From Octopus vulgaris (taxonomy: Eukaryota): 64,000 nucleotides of DNA. Under the pieces are notes generated by a model. That model saw only the letters and a program-made list of their open reading frames with translations, had not been told where the DNA came from and searched no databases. The stretch lies in NCBI GenBank assembly GCA_951406725.2, contig OX597816.1:158658001-158722000 (forward strand), read 5' to 3'. The position numbers were made by a program, and so were the translations under genes. Numbering within the stretch: position 1 is the stretch's first letter; every line of letters starts with the position of its first letter. Shown piece by piece: positions 39,832 through 52,387 of the stretch.

Positions 39832-39959
39832 CTCTTAGATAAATTCGATTGCCTTGTACTCGGGTGGCTAAGCTGTACAATGGTAATGCTGAATTAGAAC
39901 CTTCAAGGTAAAACTCTATTGTATTTACATCTACATTTAGTCTTGGTGCCAAAAGGTCT
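39832..39959 (-). CDS. PLEKHG5: Exon encoding the second half of an RBD/ubiquitin-like domain, (R)DLLAPRLNVDVNTIEFYLEGSNSALPLYSLATRVQGNRIYLR
   Basis: Acceptor tttctttatttcag, donor GTAAC, 128 nt, phase 2 to 1. Resembles PLEKHG5 [44 protein letters not shown] (from memory). Confidence 0.75.
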
Positions 39960-40192
39960 CTGAAATAAAGAAAGTAAGCCATTCAAACTTTGATCACACA
40001 CATATTTATATACATATATATTGAAAGATACAAAGAATATTGATCACTACAATTGTTTTGACCCATCTAGCATTGGTCTTTTGTGAGTGGGGTACAGTAC
40101 ATCTGGTTTAGGTGTATCCCTTGGTGTATATAGGCCTCCTCAGGTGATTTCAAGAGGTATCTTGTTAAAATAAACTTCCTCTCATTAATTAC

Positions 40193-41793
40193 AGTTGTGG
40201 CAGATGCCCCCAGGTGAGAAGTGGGTTGGTCCACTTCTAATAAATAGTGGACTGACACAGTCAGTAATGTCAGTCATTGAGGTACGCAGTTCAAGCCAGT
40301 CCTGCAGAGACAACAAAATATGTCATAATGCAGGACATAACAGTAGCAACGAGGATTCGTAGCTCACACAGCCACTGATATGTAGTAGCAGGACATATCA
40401 GTGGCAACAAGGATACCTCCCACTGTATAATGGTGTCGTTATAACAGTGGTAACGAGGTTACAAACGCTCGTAGGCGTGTCAAAATAGAAGACCTATGTT
40501 CAAGAACAGTAATAAAAAGTTTGAAGGATTCAAACTGTAACACAGAATTGAAAAATTGTCTGGTAAAATTGGAACTCTAACACAGAATTGAACTTCACAC
40601 AGTGAAAAGTAGTTTACACACAGTGAAAAATATATATAAAAAAAAAGATTCTGGAAAAAAAAAAAAACACTAACACAGAATTGAACTTCACTTAGTGAAA
40701 AGTAATATACACACAGTGAAAATATATATATATAAAAAAAAAAGATCCTGAAGAAAAAAAAATGTCTGATAAAACTGGAACTCTACACAGAACAGAACTA
40801 CACGCAGTGGAAAATAATTCTTTGTGGAAGAAAAAATAATAATAAGTCTGTTCGAAAGATTTATAAATTAGGGTGCTATATATAGTAGTGCTACTAGTAA
40901 TAATGTAGACTTGGTATTACATGCGGCATTTTGAAAAAACAAAATCTATGGTTGTGTGGAACAAAAAATAAGTCCATTTGAAGGATTTATAAGTCAGGTC
41001 ACTATATGTAGTAGCGTTACCAGTATTAATGTGGACCTGTGGCATTTTGAAAAAAAAAAAAAAGGTTCTGTGTGGAACAAAAAGTAATTTGGGTTAGAAG
41101 AAAAAAAATGAAAAGAATTAACGATAAATTTAAAGCAAGTCATACCAAAATATTTCAAATGTAAGCAGATATCATCTGTTGAAATTGAAAACAAACCAGT
41201 TGCTAAGAAAGTTAAAATGGACAAAGAAAGTGCAAGCCATTTTATGATTGAGGATACTAAACAAGTCCTCCTTGAAAAGACTCCAGATTAAATGTTGATG
41301 GAAGTGACTAGTGAAGAACACATAGAAAATTCTGAAATTAGAGAATCTGAGCCATTTGTTACAGGAAAAGGTCCTTCTACCGAAAAGGCTTCATTGAAGA
41401 ATTGTTCTAATGCAAACACTTTAAAGGATAAAAGTTTGCAGGTCTGCTGAGAAAAGTGTAACAAAAGAAAAAGTTGTAGAAATGAAAAATATATGTATAA
41501 TAATGTCGTGTAATTTTTGAAAAATATATATATATACACACATATATATAATTCTGTGTAGAACAAGAAAATATATGAATAATAAAAATCATTCTGGTTA
41601 GAAGAAAAAGTAATGAAAATAAAAAATCTCAAAGGGTAGAGGTGTTGTGGCAGATATCTTCAGGTGAGAAGTGGGCTGGTCCACTACTAATAAATAGTGG
41701 ACTGACACTGTCAGTAATGTCAGTCAGTGAAGTATGCTGTTTGGGCCAGTCCCACAGAGATAATGAAATACGTCACCATAATGCAGGACATAA
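40193..41793 (+). mobile_element. Non-autonomous LTR element (TRIM-like) with ~150-bp LTRs
   Basis: Direct repeats 40193-40342 and 41643-41793 (TG at the start of the 3' copy, CA at the end of the 5' copy, AATAAA inside); PBS-like tagcaacgaggat after the 5' LTR; purine tract aaagggtagagg before the 3' LTR. Confidence 0.75.
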
Positions 41794-41901
41794 TTATACA
41801 CCCAATGAACACTAAGCTAATGAACGTTTTTGAACAGCAAATTATCAGCTGTATATTATACAATTTATTAAATAATATAATATAATATATATATATATAT
41901 A

Positions 41902-42220
41902 TCATCATCATCATCATCGTTTAACGTCCGCATTCCATGCTAGCATGGGTTGGACGATTTGACTGAGGTCTGGCGAACCTGATGGCTGCACCAGACTCCA
42001 ATCTTGATCTGGGAGAATTTTTACAGCTGGATGCCCTTCCTAAGGCCAATCTCTCTGAGAGTGTAGTGGGTGCTTTTATGTGCCACCAGCATGAGGGCCA
42101 ATCAGGCGGTACTGGCAATGGCCATGCTCAAATGGTGCTTTTTATGTGCCACCTGCACAGGAGCCAGTCCAGTGGCACTGGCAATGACCTCACTCGAATA
42201 TTTTTTCATGTGCCACCATG
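41902..42220 (-). mobile_element. RTE-tail-related repeat
   Basis: (CAT)n start; homologous to 26590-27070. Confidence 0.8.
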
Positions 42221-42289
42221 CTGGGGAATCACCTTGAAGAAATTAGTTAAATGAATCATCCCCAGTATATATATTAATTTTTAAATCCA

Positions 42290-43460
42290 CTTACCATGGA
42301 TTGGAAAGTTTGACAGGAACAAGTAAACTAGAAGACTGTACCACACCCTACTCTCTGCTTTAGCATGGTTTCTATGGTTGGACGCCCTGCCTAATACCAA
42401 CCATTTTGCAAAATGCAATGGGTGCTTTTTATGTGACACCAGCACTGCTATGGTCACTAACTAACTTGAATAGCATGGTACCTTCAGCAGAGGAGAAGCA
42501 GTATGGATAGAAACAGGTGTCTTGTTGTAGAGGAGATACATGACTACTCAGTTTGGAGGAGTGGAGAAGAGAAAGAGAAGATGGTGAATAAGATTTGTTG
42601 GGATGTAACCTTGAGTTACAAGGATGTGTATATAAGTGAGGTGGTACAGGGGATTGGATAAGGTGAGTGGGTGGTTAAGTTCACAAGAGTTCTAAAGGTA
42701 AGTGGGAGATATAGGGGAGAGAAATGCATTGAATGGTGAACACAGGTGGAGGGAAGGAGGTGTTAGGAAGATGAGTTGTTGCATAGAAATTTGTAAAGGA
42801 CAAACTGCGTGCAGGGGCAAAGACATAAACCTTTAGTGCCTCAATCTTACTTAGAAGGATAGGTTTTCTCAAGCATTGCAAATCGCTAATCATCCTGGTT
42901 CTTTGTCATCTCAATGATGCTGAACATCTAAAGATCACCACTTCTTTCTGCATATTTCAAGGTTTTTTTTTGCCCCCACCGGTTTCATCCACATTTAGCA
43001 ATTGGCACATTTCTTTATGCAGCTGTCCTCATCCATAAGTATGACATGACCATACCAGTACAATCTTTTCTCTCTTGTGCACATCTGATGCCTCCTTTAC
43101 TCAATTTTTTCTCAACACATTTCAACTTTGTCATACATGCACACTGACATTGCACATCCAGCAGAGAATGCTGGCCTAATTTCTTTCAAGCCTCCATATC
43201 CTCTGCATTCACAGCCCTTGTTTTACTTGTGTAGCATGGCTGTTCATACACAAGCACTGTACAATCTGTCTTTCTCTTTGAAAGAAAGGCCTTTTATTGC
43301 CAACAAAAGTAATAGCTCTCTGACCTTTCTCCAGCCAATTTTTGTTCTAGCAACTACACTTTCAGAGCATCCACCTCCACTGCTAATTAGGTCACCTAAG
43401 TAACAGAAACTATCAACTACCTCTACAGATCCTCCTGAGCATTTAAGAAAATCTATTTCA
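42290..43460 (-). mobile_element. RTE-clade LINE 3' portion
   Basis: EVVDSFCYLGDLISSGGGCSESVVARTKIGWRK...RLYSACV RT C-terminal motif plus 3' UTR. Confidence 0.8.
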
Positions 43461-43592
43461 TGTAGTTTTATATTTGGTTTGCAAGATTCTTGATATGAAT
43501 CCATATGTTGAAACAAATATTGTCTGAGGAAGGTCATCACACCAATAATAACATACACATGCACTGGTTCAATATCCCAGAGCATGTGTTCA

Positions 43593-43958
43593 TTACTTCT
43601 GCCTTAGCAAAGGTGGAGGTATTGTTTTCAGTTGTGTCTGTTTGTTTGTCTGTGGACAAGGTATCTCAAGAACCGCTAGATGGATTTGGATGAAACTTTC
43701 AGGGATGTTTGGCCTTATGACTGGCACGAGCTGATTAGATTTTGGGATCAATCTGGTACCAGACAAGGATTTCGGATTATTTTTTCGTTTTTTTTTTACT
43801 TAATTTTTGAGAGTGGTCAGGTTCATTTTTAGTATTCTTGTTTGTGAGAGCAGTTGAGCTTATTCCAGAAATTCTCATTTTAAAAATCATCTCTGGCTAA
43901 TCATTGAGAGGATGTTGGTGTTGCCTTGGTGGAAGTTTGCACTCTCTGAGTGCTCTTT
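43593..43958 (+). mobile_element. Helentron-associated non-autonomous element (HINE/DINE-1-like)
   Basis: 5' subterminal hairpin tacttctgcc...ggtggaggta, GTTT/GTCT microsatellite, 3' subTIR ggtggaagt plus hairpin gcactc-tct-gagtgc then a T run. Confidence 0.7.
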
Positions 43959-45098
43959 TTATTATTGGTGCAATGACCCAATAATGCAATGACCCAATAA
44001 AGCACAACAATATTTCATGTGTGTTCTAAGTGCTTATTGTTCCTACACATATGACAGGCTTCTTTCAGTTTCTATCTATCAAATTCACAATCAAGGCTTT
44101 CGTCTGCCCAAAAGCCATAATACAAAACACTTGCTCAAGGTGTCATGCAGTGGAGCTAAATGTAAAACCATTTGGTTGGGAAGCAAACTTCTTGTTAAGC
44201 AGTCATACTTGAACCTCAAAGCCATGCCTGCATCTCTCGGAGTTCATTTAGATTCACAAATGGAAGGGGAAAAAAGATATATTCATTAAATTGCAAAAGG
44301 GATATGTATTTTATTTCTGAAGGTGAAAACACTTCAGAAGTTAGCCAAAGGTCTCAAGTTTCATATATAACACTTGTTAAACTTTAACAAGTTGTTGATG
44401 AAACTGAAGCTCCTCAGCTGAATATGAGAGAGAGAAAGAGGGTTTTTTTCCAATTAAGAGGTAAATTTCAATAAACTAAACATTTTTGCTTACCATTTTC
44501 AGTACATCATTCTTTAAATTATTGAAATTTAAGTCAACGATCCTATGGAGTTATTTCCCTTGGCTCATATCATTTACTTATTTATTTTAATTACACAGAG
44601 TATATTGGCCCCAAATCTTTATAAGTCTTTTTCTATATGAAACACTCACTAATAACTTATTAATGCAGGCTTCAGTAGATTAAACACTGCTGATAAGGTC
44701 TAATTAGGCCAAAACATGTTCATAGCGATCTTCTTGCCTGCTAACAAAGATTAGACCTTCCCCTAAGCATGCCATGTAAGTTTGACTGTTAATTTCTTGA
44801 AGTTATCTCCCCCATTTACTGAAAGCATGGCTTATAATTTTTTTTTTTCTTCAACAAGGAGAAAAATTTTCATTAATTAAGAATCATTTTATGTACATCA
44901 TTCAGTACATCCCTTCTTAAGCAACTTGCTTTCAGGTGTTCTTCCAACCACTGTTTTCAGGTTTGCAGTTATTTTAGTGAGCAAGATACTTTTAAGAACT
45001 GAACTAATAATATAGAATGGAAGAAGTGGAGGAAGAGGGAAGAAAGTAAGAAAGAGAGATATATAGAAAGAAAAGAAGGACAAAGAAAGCTAACTAGG

Positions 45099-45099
<1 letters not shown>

Positions 45100-45157
<58 letters not shown>

Positions 45158-45243
45158 GTATACAGACAGACTCATATATAGAAGAGCAGGCAGAGAGACA
45201 AACAGGTTGGCAAGTAGGCAAACAGAGAGAGAGAGAGAGAGAC

Positions 45244-45278
<35 letters not shown>

Positions 45279-45670
45279 AAGATAGATAGAAAGATAGATA
45301 GACAGACAGATAGATAAGTAGATAGATAGATAGATAGATAGATAGATGGGTAGATAGATGGGTAGATAGATGGGTAGATAGATGGGTAGATAGACGGGTA
45401 GATAGACGGGTAGATAGACGGGTAGATAGACGGGTAGATAGACAGACAAATAGATAGACGGGTAGATAGACAGACAAATAGATAGACAGACAGACAGACA
45501 GACAGATAGAAACATAGGTAGGTAGGTAGACAGATAGACAGGTAGAGAGATAGATAATAGACAGGTAGACAGGCAGACAGATAGATAGACAGAGAGACAT
45601 CGACCGACAGAGACAGACAGACAAGCAGTCAGACAGATAGATGGATTGACAGACAGAAGACAGACATAGA
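45100..45670. repeat. Compound (GATA/GACA/GGTA)n microsatellite
   Basis: Direct reading. Confidence 0.96.
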
Positions 45671-45799
45671 AAGATTGATAAGATAAAATAATGAAATAAA
45701 GTCTGAAATAGAGAAACAGAAATGAAAAATAAGAAGGATGAAAAGAAAGAAGTTTGTGAGAGAAAAAAAAAATGAACATTTCAGACATTCTTGGTAACA

Positions 45800-45991
45800 A
45801 GTCTGAGTGTAAGTGTGTGTATGTGTGTGAGTATGAGTGTATTGATGTGTATATGTGTATGTATGCGTATATATGTGAGTGAGAAAGAGATGTGCATACT
45901 CTATGTATGTGTGTGTGTGTGTGTGTACATATAAATGTGAGTATGAACATGTACAGTGTATGTGTGTGTATGTATGTGTATATGCGTATAT

Positions 45992-46031
<40 letters not shown>

Positions 46032-46645
46032 AATGTGCACTAAGTATCATAGATACTCTATGTATGTATGTATGTGTGTGTGTACATATAAATGTGTGTA
46101 TGAACATGTAGTGTGTGTGTATATGTGAGAGAGAGAAAGAGAGAAAGAGAGAGAGAAAGAAAAGGAGAAAGAGAAAGAGAGAGAGAGAGAGAAATGGTGA
46201 GGAGAGGGGATGCTTGTGTTAGAGAGATGAGAGAGAGAAAGAGAGAGAAATAACAGGAATGAAAGAGAGAGAGAGAGAGGTAGCTGTATTAGATTCCTGT
46301 GGTTGCGACTCAAGTATTTTTAACATTAATCAAACCTCATGTGTTATAATTAATTAACCTAACGGAGCTTCTCACACTTACAGGCCGAAGACATACTGAG
46401 CAGAAACTATATTTAAGACTGGTTACTTTGTATATTGCAATGTGCGTATGTATATGCATATGTATGTATATGAGCATATAAGCATTTGTGCATATGTGTG
46501 CATTTGTGAGTGTGTGTGCCTTGGATGTACATGTGTAAGTGCATGTAGTTTGTGTGTGCATCTTTGAGTGGTGTAAAAGTGCATATATGAGTGTGTGTGT
46601 GCGTGCATATATATATATATGCAACATATATAGATATACATGATT

Positions 46646-46694
<49 letters not shown>

Positions 46695-46746
46695 ACGTAT
46701 AGATACAAATATGTGTGTGCACACATGCACATATGTATACATACAA

Positions 46747-46799
<53 letters not shown>

Positions 46800-47170
46800 T
46801 TATGCACACACAGGTACGCACACACAAACACAAATATATATATATATATATATACATACACACATACAAATTTAATATACGTGTATGTGTGTATATATAT
46901 CATCATCATCATTTAGCGTCCGCTTTCCATATATATATATACACACAAATTTATTATACATGTGTGTGTGTGTGTATATGTACCTGTGAGCATGTATTTG
47001 TGAGTGCATATAAAGGTGTATACCTATGCAAGTGTTTCTTTGTGTAAATGTATGTATATATGTGCATCTGTGTGTGCGCATATGCCCATGTTCATATGTC
47101 TGTGTGCATTTGTACATGTGTATAAAGGCATTTGCTTGTATGTGTGTGTTTATGTAAGGGTGTGTATTCA
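45800..47170. repeat. Low-complexity (TG)n/(TA)n/(GA)n/(CA)n field
   Basis: Direct reading; short unique island at 46280-46440. Confidence 0.9.
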
Positions 47171-47623
47171 GGACACTAAAAAAATAAACCTACCAGTAAA
47201 GAAACCTAGCAACACCTTAGAATATTAATTACGTTTTTGTATTTACATAATATGTGGTTGGTATTAAGACAGACTAGTAAAGGGGTGTATAATAGATATG
47301 TTAACATGTGTACTGTACAGATGCAGGCGTGGCTGTGTGGAAAAAAAGCTTGCTTTCCAACCCATGTGGCCTTTGATTCTGTCCCATTGTGTGACTTTTG
47401 GGCAAGTGTCCTCTCCTATAGCCACAGGCCAACCAAAGCCTCGTAAGTGGATTTAGTAGACAGAAACCAAAAGAAGCTCACCATGTGTGTGTATGTGTGC
47501 ATGTTATTGTGTATGTATACATGTATGTTAGTGTGTGTGTTATATATTGACTGGTTTCCTCCATAGGCTTGGCTAATGCTTAGATACTGAGGTCTAGTTT
47601 TGGAAGATTCTGTTGCATGAATG

Positions 47624-47654
<31 letters not shown>

Positions 47655-47681
47655 TTTATTAAAACGCAGCGAAAATATCAC

Positions 47682-47727
47682 AAAACTGTTACTCCGAGTT
47701 TCTCATTCCTGTTCATCGGACAATTTT
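47682..47727 (-). ncRNA. Variant minimal hammerhead (CCGAUGA core) in Penelope-like cassette
   Basis: AAAATTGT-CCGATGA-acaggaatga-GAAAC-TCGGA-GTA-ACAGTTTT; 8-bp stem I; flanked by (TA)n. Confidence 0.5.
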
Positions 47728-47982
47728 GTTTTATTTGTGATATATTTTTGCTGCTTTTTAATAAAGCATATTACTCTACCTCTGGTATTTTTTCCATCTT
47801 GTTTCACATTTATGTGATTACTCTGGTATATATATATATAATTATAAATGATTAATCAGCCGAAATTGCGAAAATGATCTGGTTCTTGACTGATGATTGA
47901 GGGCTTTGAATGTCCCGTCCATGTTTTTTGTGTCGTCTTCTAAATGTTTCACGTTCTTGTCCCAGTTTGTATATTTTTTTTA

Positions 47983-48018
<36 letters not shown>

Positions 48019-48481
48019 TCTGGTGCAGCCATCTGGTTCACCAGACCTCAGTCAAAGCGTCCAACCCATGCTAGCATGGAAAGAAGACGTTAAACGATGA
48101 TGATATGATGATGATGTGTGTGTGTGTGTGTGTGTGATTATTGAACAGTGAAAATAATTGCTCAACACCACATTAATGTGCAAGTGGCTGAGCACTCCAT
48201 AGACATGTCTACCCTTAATGTAGTTCTTGGAGATTCAGCGTGAAACAATGTGACAAGGCTGGCCCTTTGAAATACAGGTACTACTCATTTTTGCCAGATG
48301 AGTGAACTGGAGAAATGTGAAATAAAGTGTCTTGTGTAAGAACACAATGTATTGGCAGGAATTGAACTCATGATTGTGAGCCAAATACCTTAACCACTGA
48401 GGAATGTGTCTTCACATTGTGAAACCTTAAAGTAGCATACAGTCAGTATACATGCAATGTGAAGTGATGCCAGTCCTATGA

Positions 48482-48590
48482 AAGGATTCAAACTACTTTG
48501 CTGATGTAATTAAAGATGCTCCTATTCATTCCAACTGGATGGTGAGTTTGGATATAGTAAGCCTATTCACCAAGATTCCTCCAGTAGTTA
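48482..48590 (+). mobile_element. Penelope-like RT fragment
   Basis: KDSNYFADVIKDAPIHSNWMVSLDIVSLFTKIP matches the Penelope VS.DV.SLFT.IP motif. Confidence 0.7.
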
Positions 48591-49319
48591 AAAATGGATC
48601 CTTCTATTGGAGAATGTAACAGTATCCCAAAAGATAATCTTATAGAAATGTATATAAAATCCATAACATCTGTCGACTTTAATCCTGCAATGTTATGACA
48701 CTACCCCAAGCATACCTTTTGTACCTGGAGTACTGTTTTGAAGAATTCTTGAGTCAAATAAATTGACCCCAGTACTTATTTGTGAGGGAACAAACATAGG
48801 CACATGCAAGCACACAAACACACACACAACAACACACAGACATATACACACACGCGATAGGGTTTTTGCAATTTCTGTCTACCAGATCCACTCACAAGGC
48901 TTTGGTCAGCCTGAGACTATAATGAAAGATACATACCCAAGGTACCACACAGTGGGATTGAACTCAGAACTATGTGGTTAGGAAATGAACTTCTTACCAT
49001 ACAGCCATACCTGTGCCTAAGTGCAACTAGGCTTCCTCTGGTATCAGTACTGTTACTTATCTTTTTCTCAAATGTATGTATATGTACCTGTGAGTGTGTA
49101 TTTGTATGTATATGTACCTGTGTGTGAGTATTTGTATGTATATGTACCTGTGATTGTGTATTTGTATGTACCTGTGAGTGAGTATTTGTATTTATATGTA
49201 CCTGTGAGTGTATATTTGAATGCATGTGTGAATTTGTGAGTGCACGTGTTTTTTTGTGAAAATGTATAGGTGTATGTATACATGCACATATGCATGCGTG
49301 CATATGCTATTTCTAATGC

Positions 49320-50267
49320 ACCAGCTTTACTTTATCAATACTGCTTTAATAACTGCATTAACTCCACAACAGTGGGAAATTACCAACTTTACTTCCTCAT
49401 TCAAAAATGGAGATCACACATCACCTGTCAATTATTGACCAATCAGTCTCATTAATTGTATCACCAAATTGATGGAGCTGTGTCAGAGAAACATTAAAGA
49501 ACTTCTGGAAATCCCATAACCTTATTCAACCCTTATATAGGACCAAAATCACTTCATACATTGAAATTCAGCCGCTGATCTTTTCAATTAATCAAAAAAT
49601 GTTTTGACAACATCCAAATCACAGGTGGTGTCTCATGGGTGGAGTTTACCTATCACAACTTCACAAAAGCCCTTCATTCTCTGCCACAGAAACAACTTAT
49701 AGAAAAAGCTTCTTGCAGTGGGAGTGAGGGCTAATCTTTAGTTATAACATAAACATTAGTTATAAAGTGAAAAGGTTCTGATACACACAGACACACACAT
49801 GCTAAAAGTTACAGGCCTATCTCTCTCTAACTTCGCATGTTAACAAGGTCATGCAATGCATTGTCAGAAGAAGCAGATCACATTACTGGAAGGAAATAAC
49901 TTGCTCACAAACACACTGCGTGACTTCTTTCCAGGGTGAAGTTGCATCACACAGCTACTACATCACAGTTGATTACTGTCACAGTAGCTCAAACACTCAA
50001 ATGTGGATGTAATATATCTTGACTTCGCCAAGGCCTTTGACAAAGTTGATCACAGGATGACATGTCACAAATTGTGTGACCATGATATCAATGGAAAACT
50101 GGTAGAGTAGTTGCATGGCTTTCTAAAAGGCAGAAGTCAGAGAGCTGCAGTTAATGGTGCTCTCTTTGGGAAGACATCAATTTACAGTGGAGTTCTTCAA
50201 GGAACCGTACTGGGACTACTATTGTTTGTGGTGGCTCTCTCTGACACTCTCTCAGTTGTACAGTCAG
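49320..50267 (+). mobile_element. Degenerate CR1-clade LINE RT fragments
   Basis: NY.PISL, DVIYLDFAKAFDKVDH, SGVLQGTVLGLLLF motifs. Confidence 0.8.
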
Positions 50268-50696
50268 CAAGGCTGGACTAAGACCCATCGAGGCCCTAAG
50301 CATTTAAAAGATTTTGGTGCTTCCATAAAAGATTATGTAATTCAAAATATGTACAATAAAAAACCATAAAATAAATTTTTATTTTTCAAAACGAAACAAA
50401 ACATTAAGAAGGAAAATAATGTTTATTTTTGTATACTTCCATTTTGTGTGTGTTTGAAAAGTTTCCTCCTACTTTTTTAAATTGCAAAGTCTTTGATCAG
50501 ATCTTCAAAATTCATCTTTGGTAACACATCTGCATCTATACATAGTAGAGATAAAGCATCCCGAATACTATTTTAGCAAGTCTAAAGTGATTTCTTTTGT
50601 ACTGTAAACCATTTACCATTTCTGAGGTGCCCCACCTGCCCTTCCCTTGATGCTTTAAGCACGTGTTTATTTTGCTTAATGGTTTATCCAGCACTG
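50268..50696 (-). mobile_element. Internally deleted hAT transposon (429 bp)
   Basis: TIRs caaggctgga / tccagcactg; TSD acagtcag / acaatcag; minus-strand hAT dimerization-domain remnant DALSLLCIDADVLPKMNFEDLIKDFA. Confidence 0.8.
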
Positions 50697-50752
50697 ACAA
50701 TCAGCCACACTCATGAATATATTTATATATATATGAATACATTTATATATAT

Positions 50753-50783
<31 letters not shown>

Positions 50784-50817
50784 AATAAGTATATATATAT
50801 ATATGAATATATATGTC

Positions 50818-51131
50818 AGTGGCACGTAAAAAGCACCATCCGAATCGTGGCCGAAGCCAGTGCCGCCTCGACTAGCTTTCATGCAGGTGGCACGTAAAAT
50901 GCACCAATCTGACCATGGCCAATGCCAGCCTCGCCTGGCTCCAGTGCAGGTGGCACGTAAAGAGCACCCACTACACTCACGGAGTGGTTGGCGTTAGGAA
51001 GGGCGTCCAGCTGTAGAAACATTGCCAGATAAGACCGGAGCCTGGTGCAGCCTTCTGGCTTCCCAGATCCCTGGTCGAACCGTCCAACCCATGCTAGCAT
51101 GGAGAACGGACGTTAAACGATGATGATGATG
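50818..51131 (+). mobile_element. RTE-tail-related repeat
   Basis: (GAT)n tail; inverted partner at 51612-51930. Confidence 0.8.
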
Positions 51132-52029
51132 ATATATGTGTGTGTATATATATATATAAATGTGTATATATACATAAATGTATATATAAATGTATATATA
51201 TGTATATATAAGTATATGTGTGTACGTACATGTGTGTACGTACATGTGTGTATTATGTCTCCTTTCCTTGACAGTTGTAAATGAGCATCACTGTCAAACA
51301 TGTGGTGTAATTCTTCATAATATTCTTTGAAAACATGTCTGGTTATGGGGAAATATAATCAATCAACTGAACTGTGTACTCATTGAATTACAGTGTATAA
51401 ATTGGGTGAGTATTCCACAGACAGGTGTTGTATTCTTAATGTAGTCTACACTGTGAAGTGGTTGACATTAGGAAGGGCATCCAGCCATAAAAAAAAACCA
51501 TGCCAAATCTAGCACTGAAGATTGAAGCAGTCCTTGGACATATCACATGCTGTCAAACTATCCAGTTCATATCAGCAAAGAACATGGAGGTTAAATAATA
51601 ATAATAATAATCATCATCATCGTTTAATGTCCGTTTTCCATGCTAGCATGGGTTGGACGGTTTGACTGGGGTCTGGGAAGCCAGGAGGCTGCACCAGGCT
51701 CCAGTCTGATCTGGCAGTGTTTCTACAGCTGGATGCCCTTCCTAACGCCAACCACTCTGTGAGTGTAGTGGGTGCTTTTTACGTACCATCGGCACAGGTG
51801 CCAGGGGAGGCTGGCAACGGCCATGATTGGTTGGTGCTTTTTACATGCCACTGACACGGAATCCAGTCAAGGCGGTGCTGGCATCGGCCACGTTCAGATG
51901 GTGCTTTCTATGTGCCACCGGCACGGGTATCAAAACTACAATTTCCATTTGATTTTTATTTTGATGTTGATGTACTTGACTCAATAGGTCTCCTCAAGCA
52001 CAGCAGGTCGCCCAAGGTTCAAGTATTGA

Positions 52030-52067
<38 letters not shown>

Positions 52068-52277
52068 AGAGAGTGAGTCTATTCTTAGCTACAATAGTGA
52101 CAACATGAATTTCTGCCATCTTCTTGCTCTGTTAAAGTATTTGAGAAAAATTATATTAATGTATCCGACTGGTTAAAATTCTATGTATGTATTTGTGCAA
52201 CTGAAGATGGCACTGCATTTAAATTGAAGTAATGATTGCATTGTTCAATTAAATTGAGCTGCTTGAAATGGTCATAC

Positions 52278-52387
52278 GGTATCACTACTTGATATCCTGT
52301 TGCTTATTTTGATTCTATTCACCTTACTTCGAGCTGTGTGACTAATACCAGACTGACATGTTTCTTCAACTTGAATCTCAATTATTT
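52278..52387 (-). CDS. Candidate exon (x)IIEIQVEETCQSGISHTARSKVNRIKISNRISSSDT
   Basis: Open frame in unique sequence ending at a GTATGA donor. The acceptor (catacatag) is weak and its phase does not match the upstream exon. Confidence 0.3.

Noticed and set aside
44898-44998. Exon candidate VLKSILLTKITANLK...
   Set aside because: No convincing donor before the stop, and the phase is incompatible with the 39959 acceptor.
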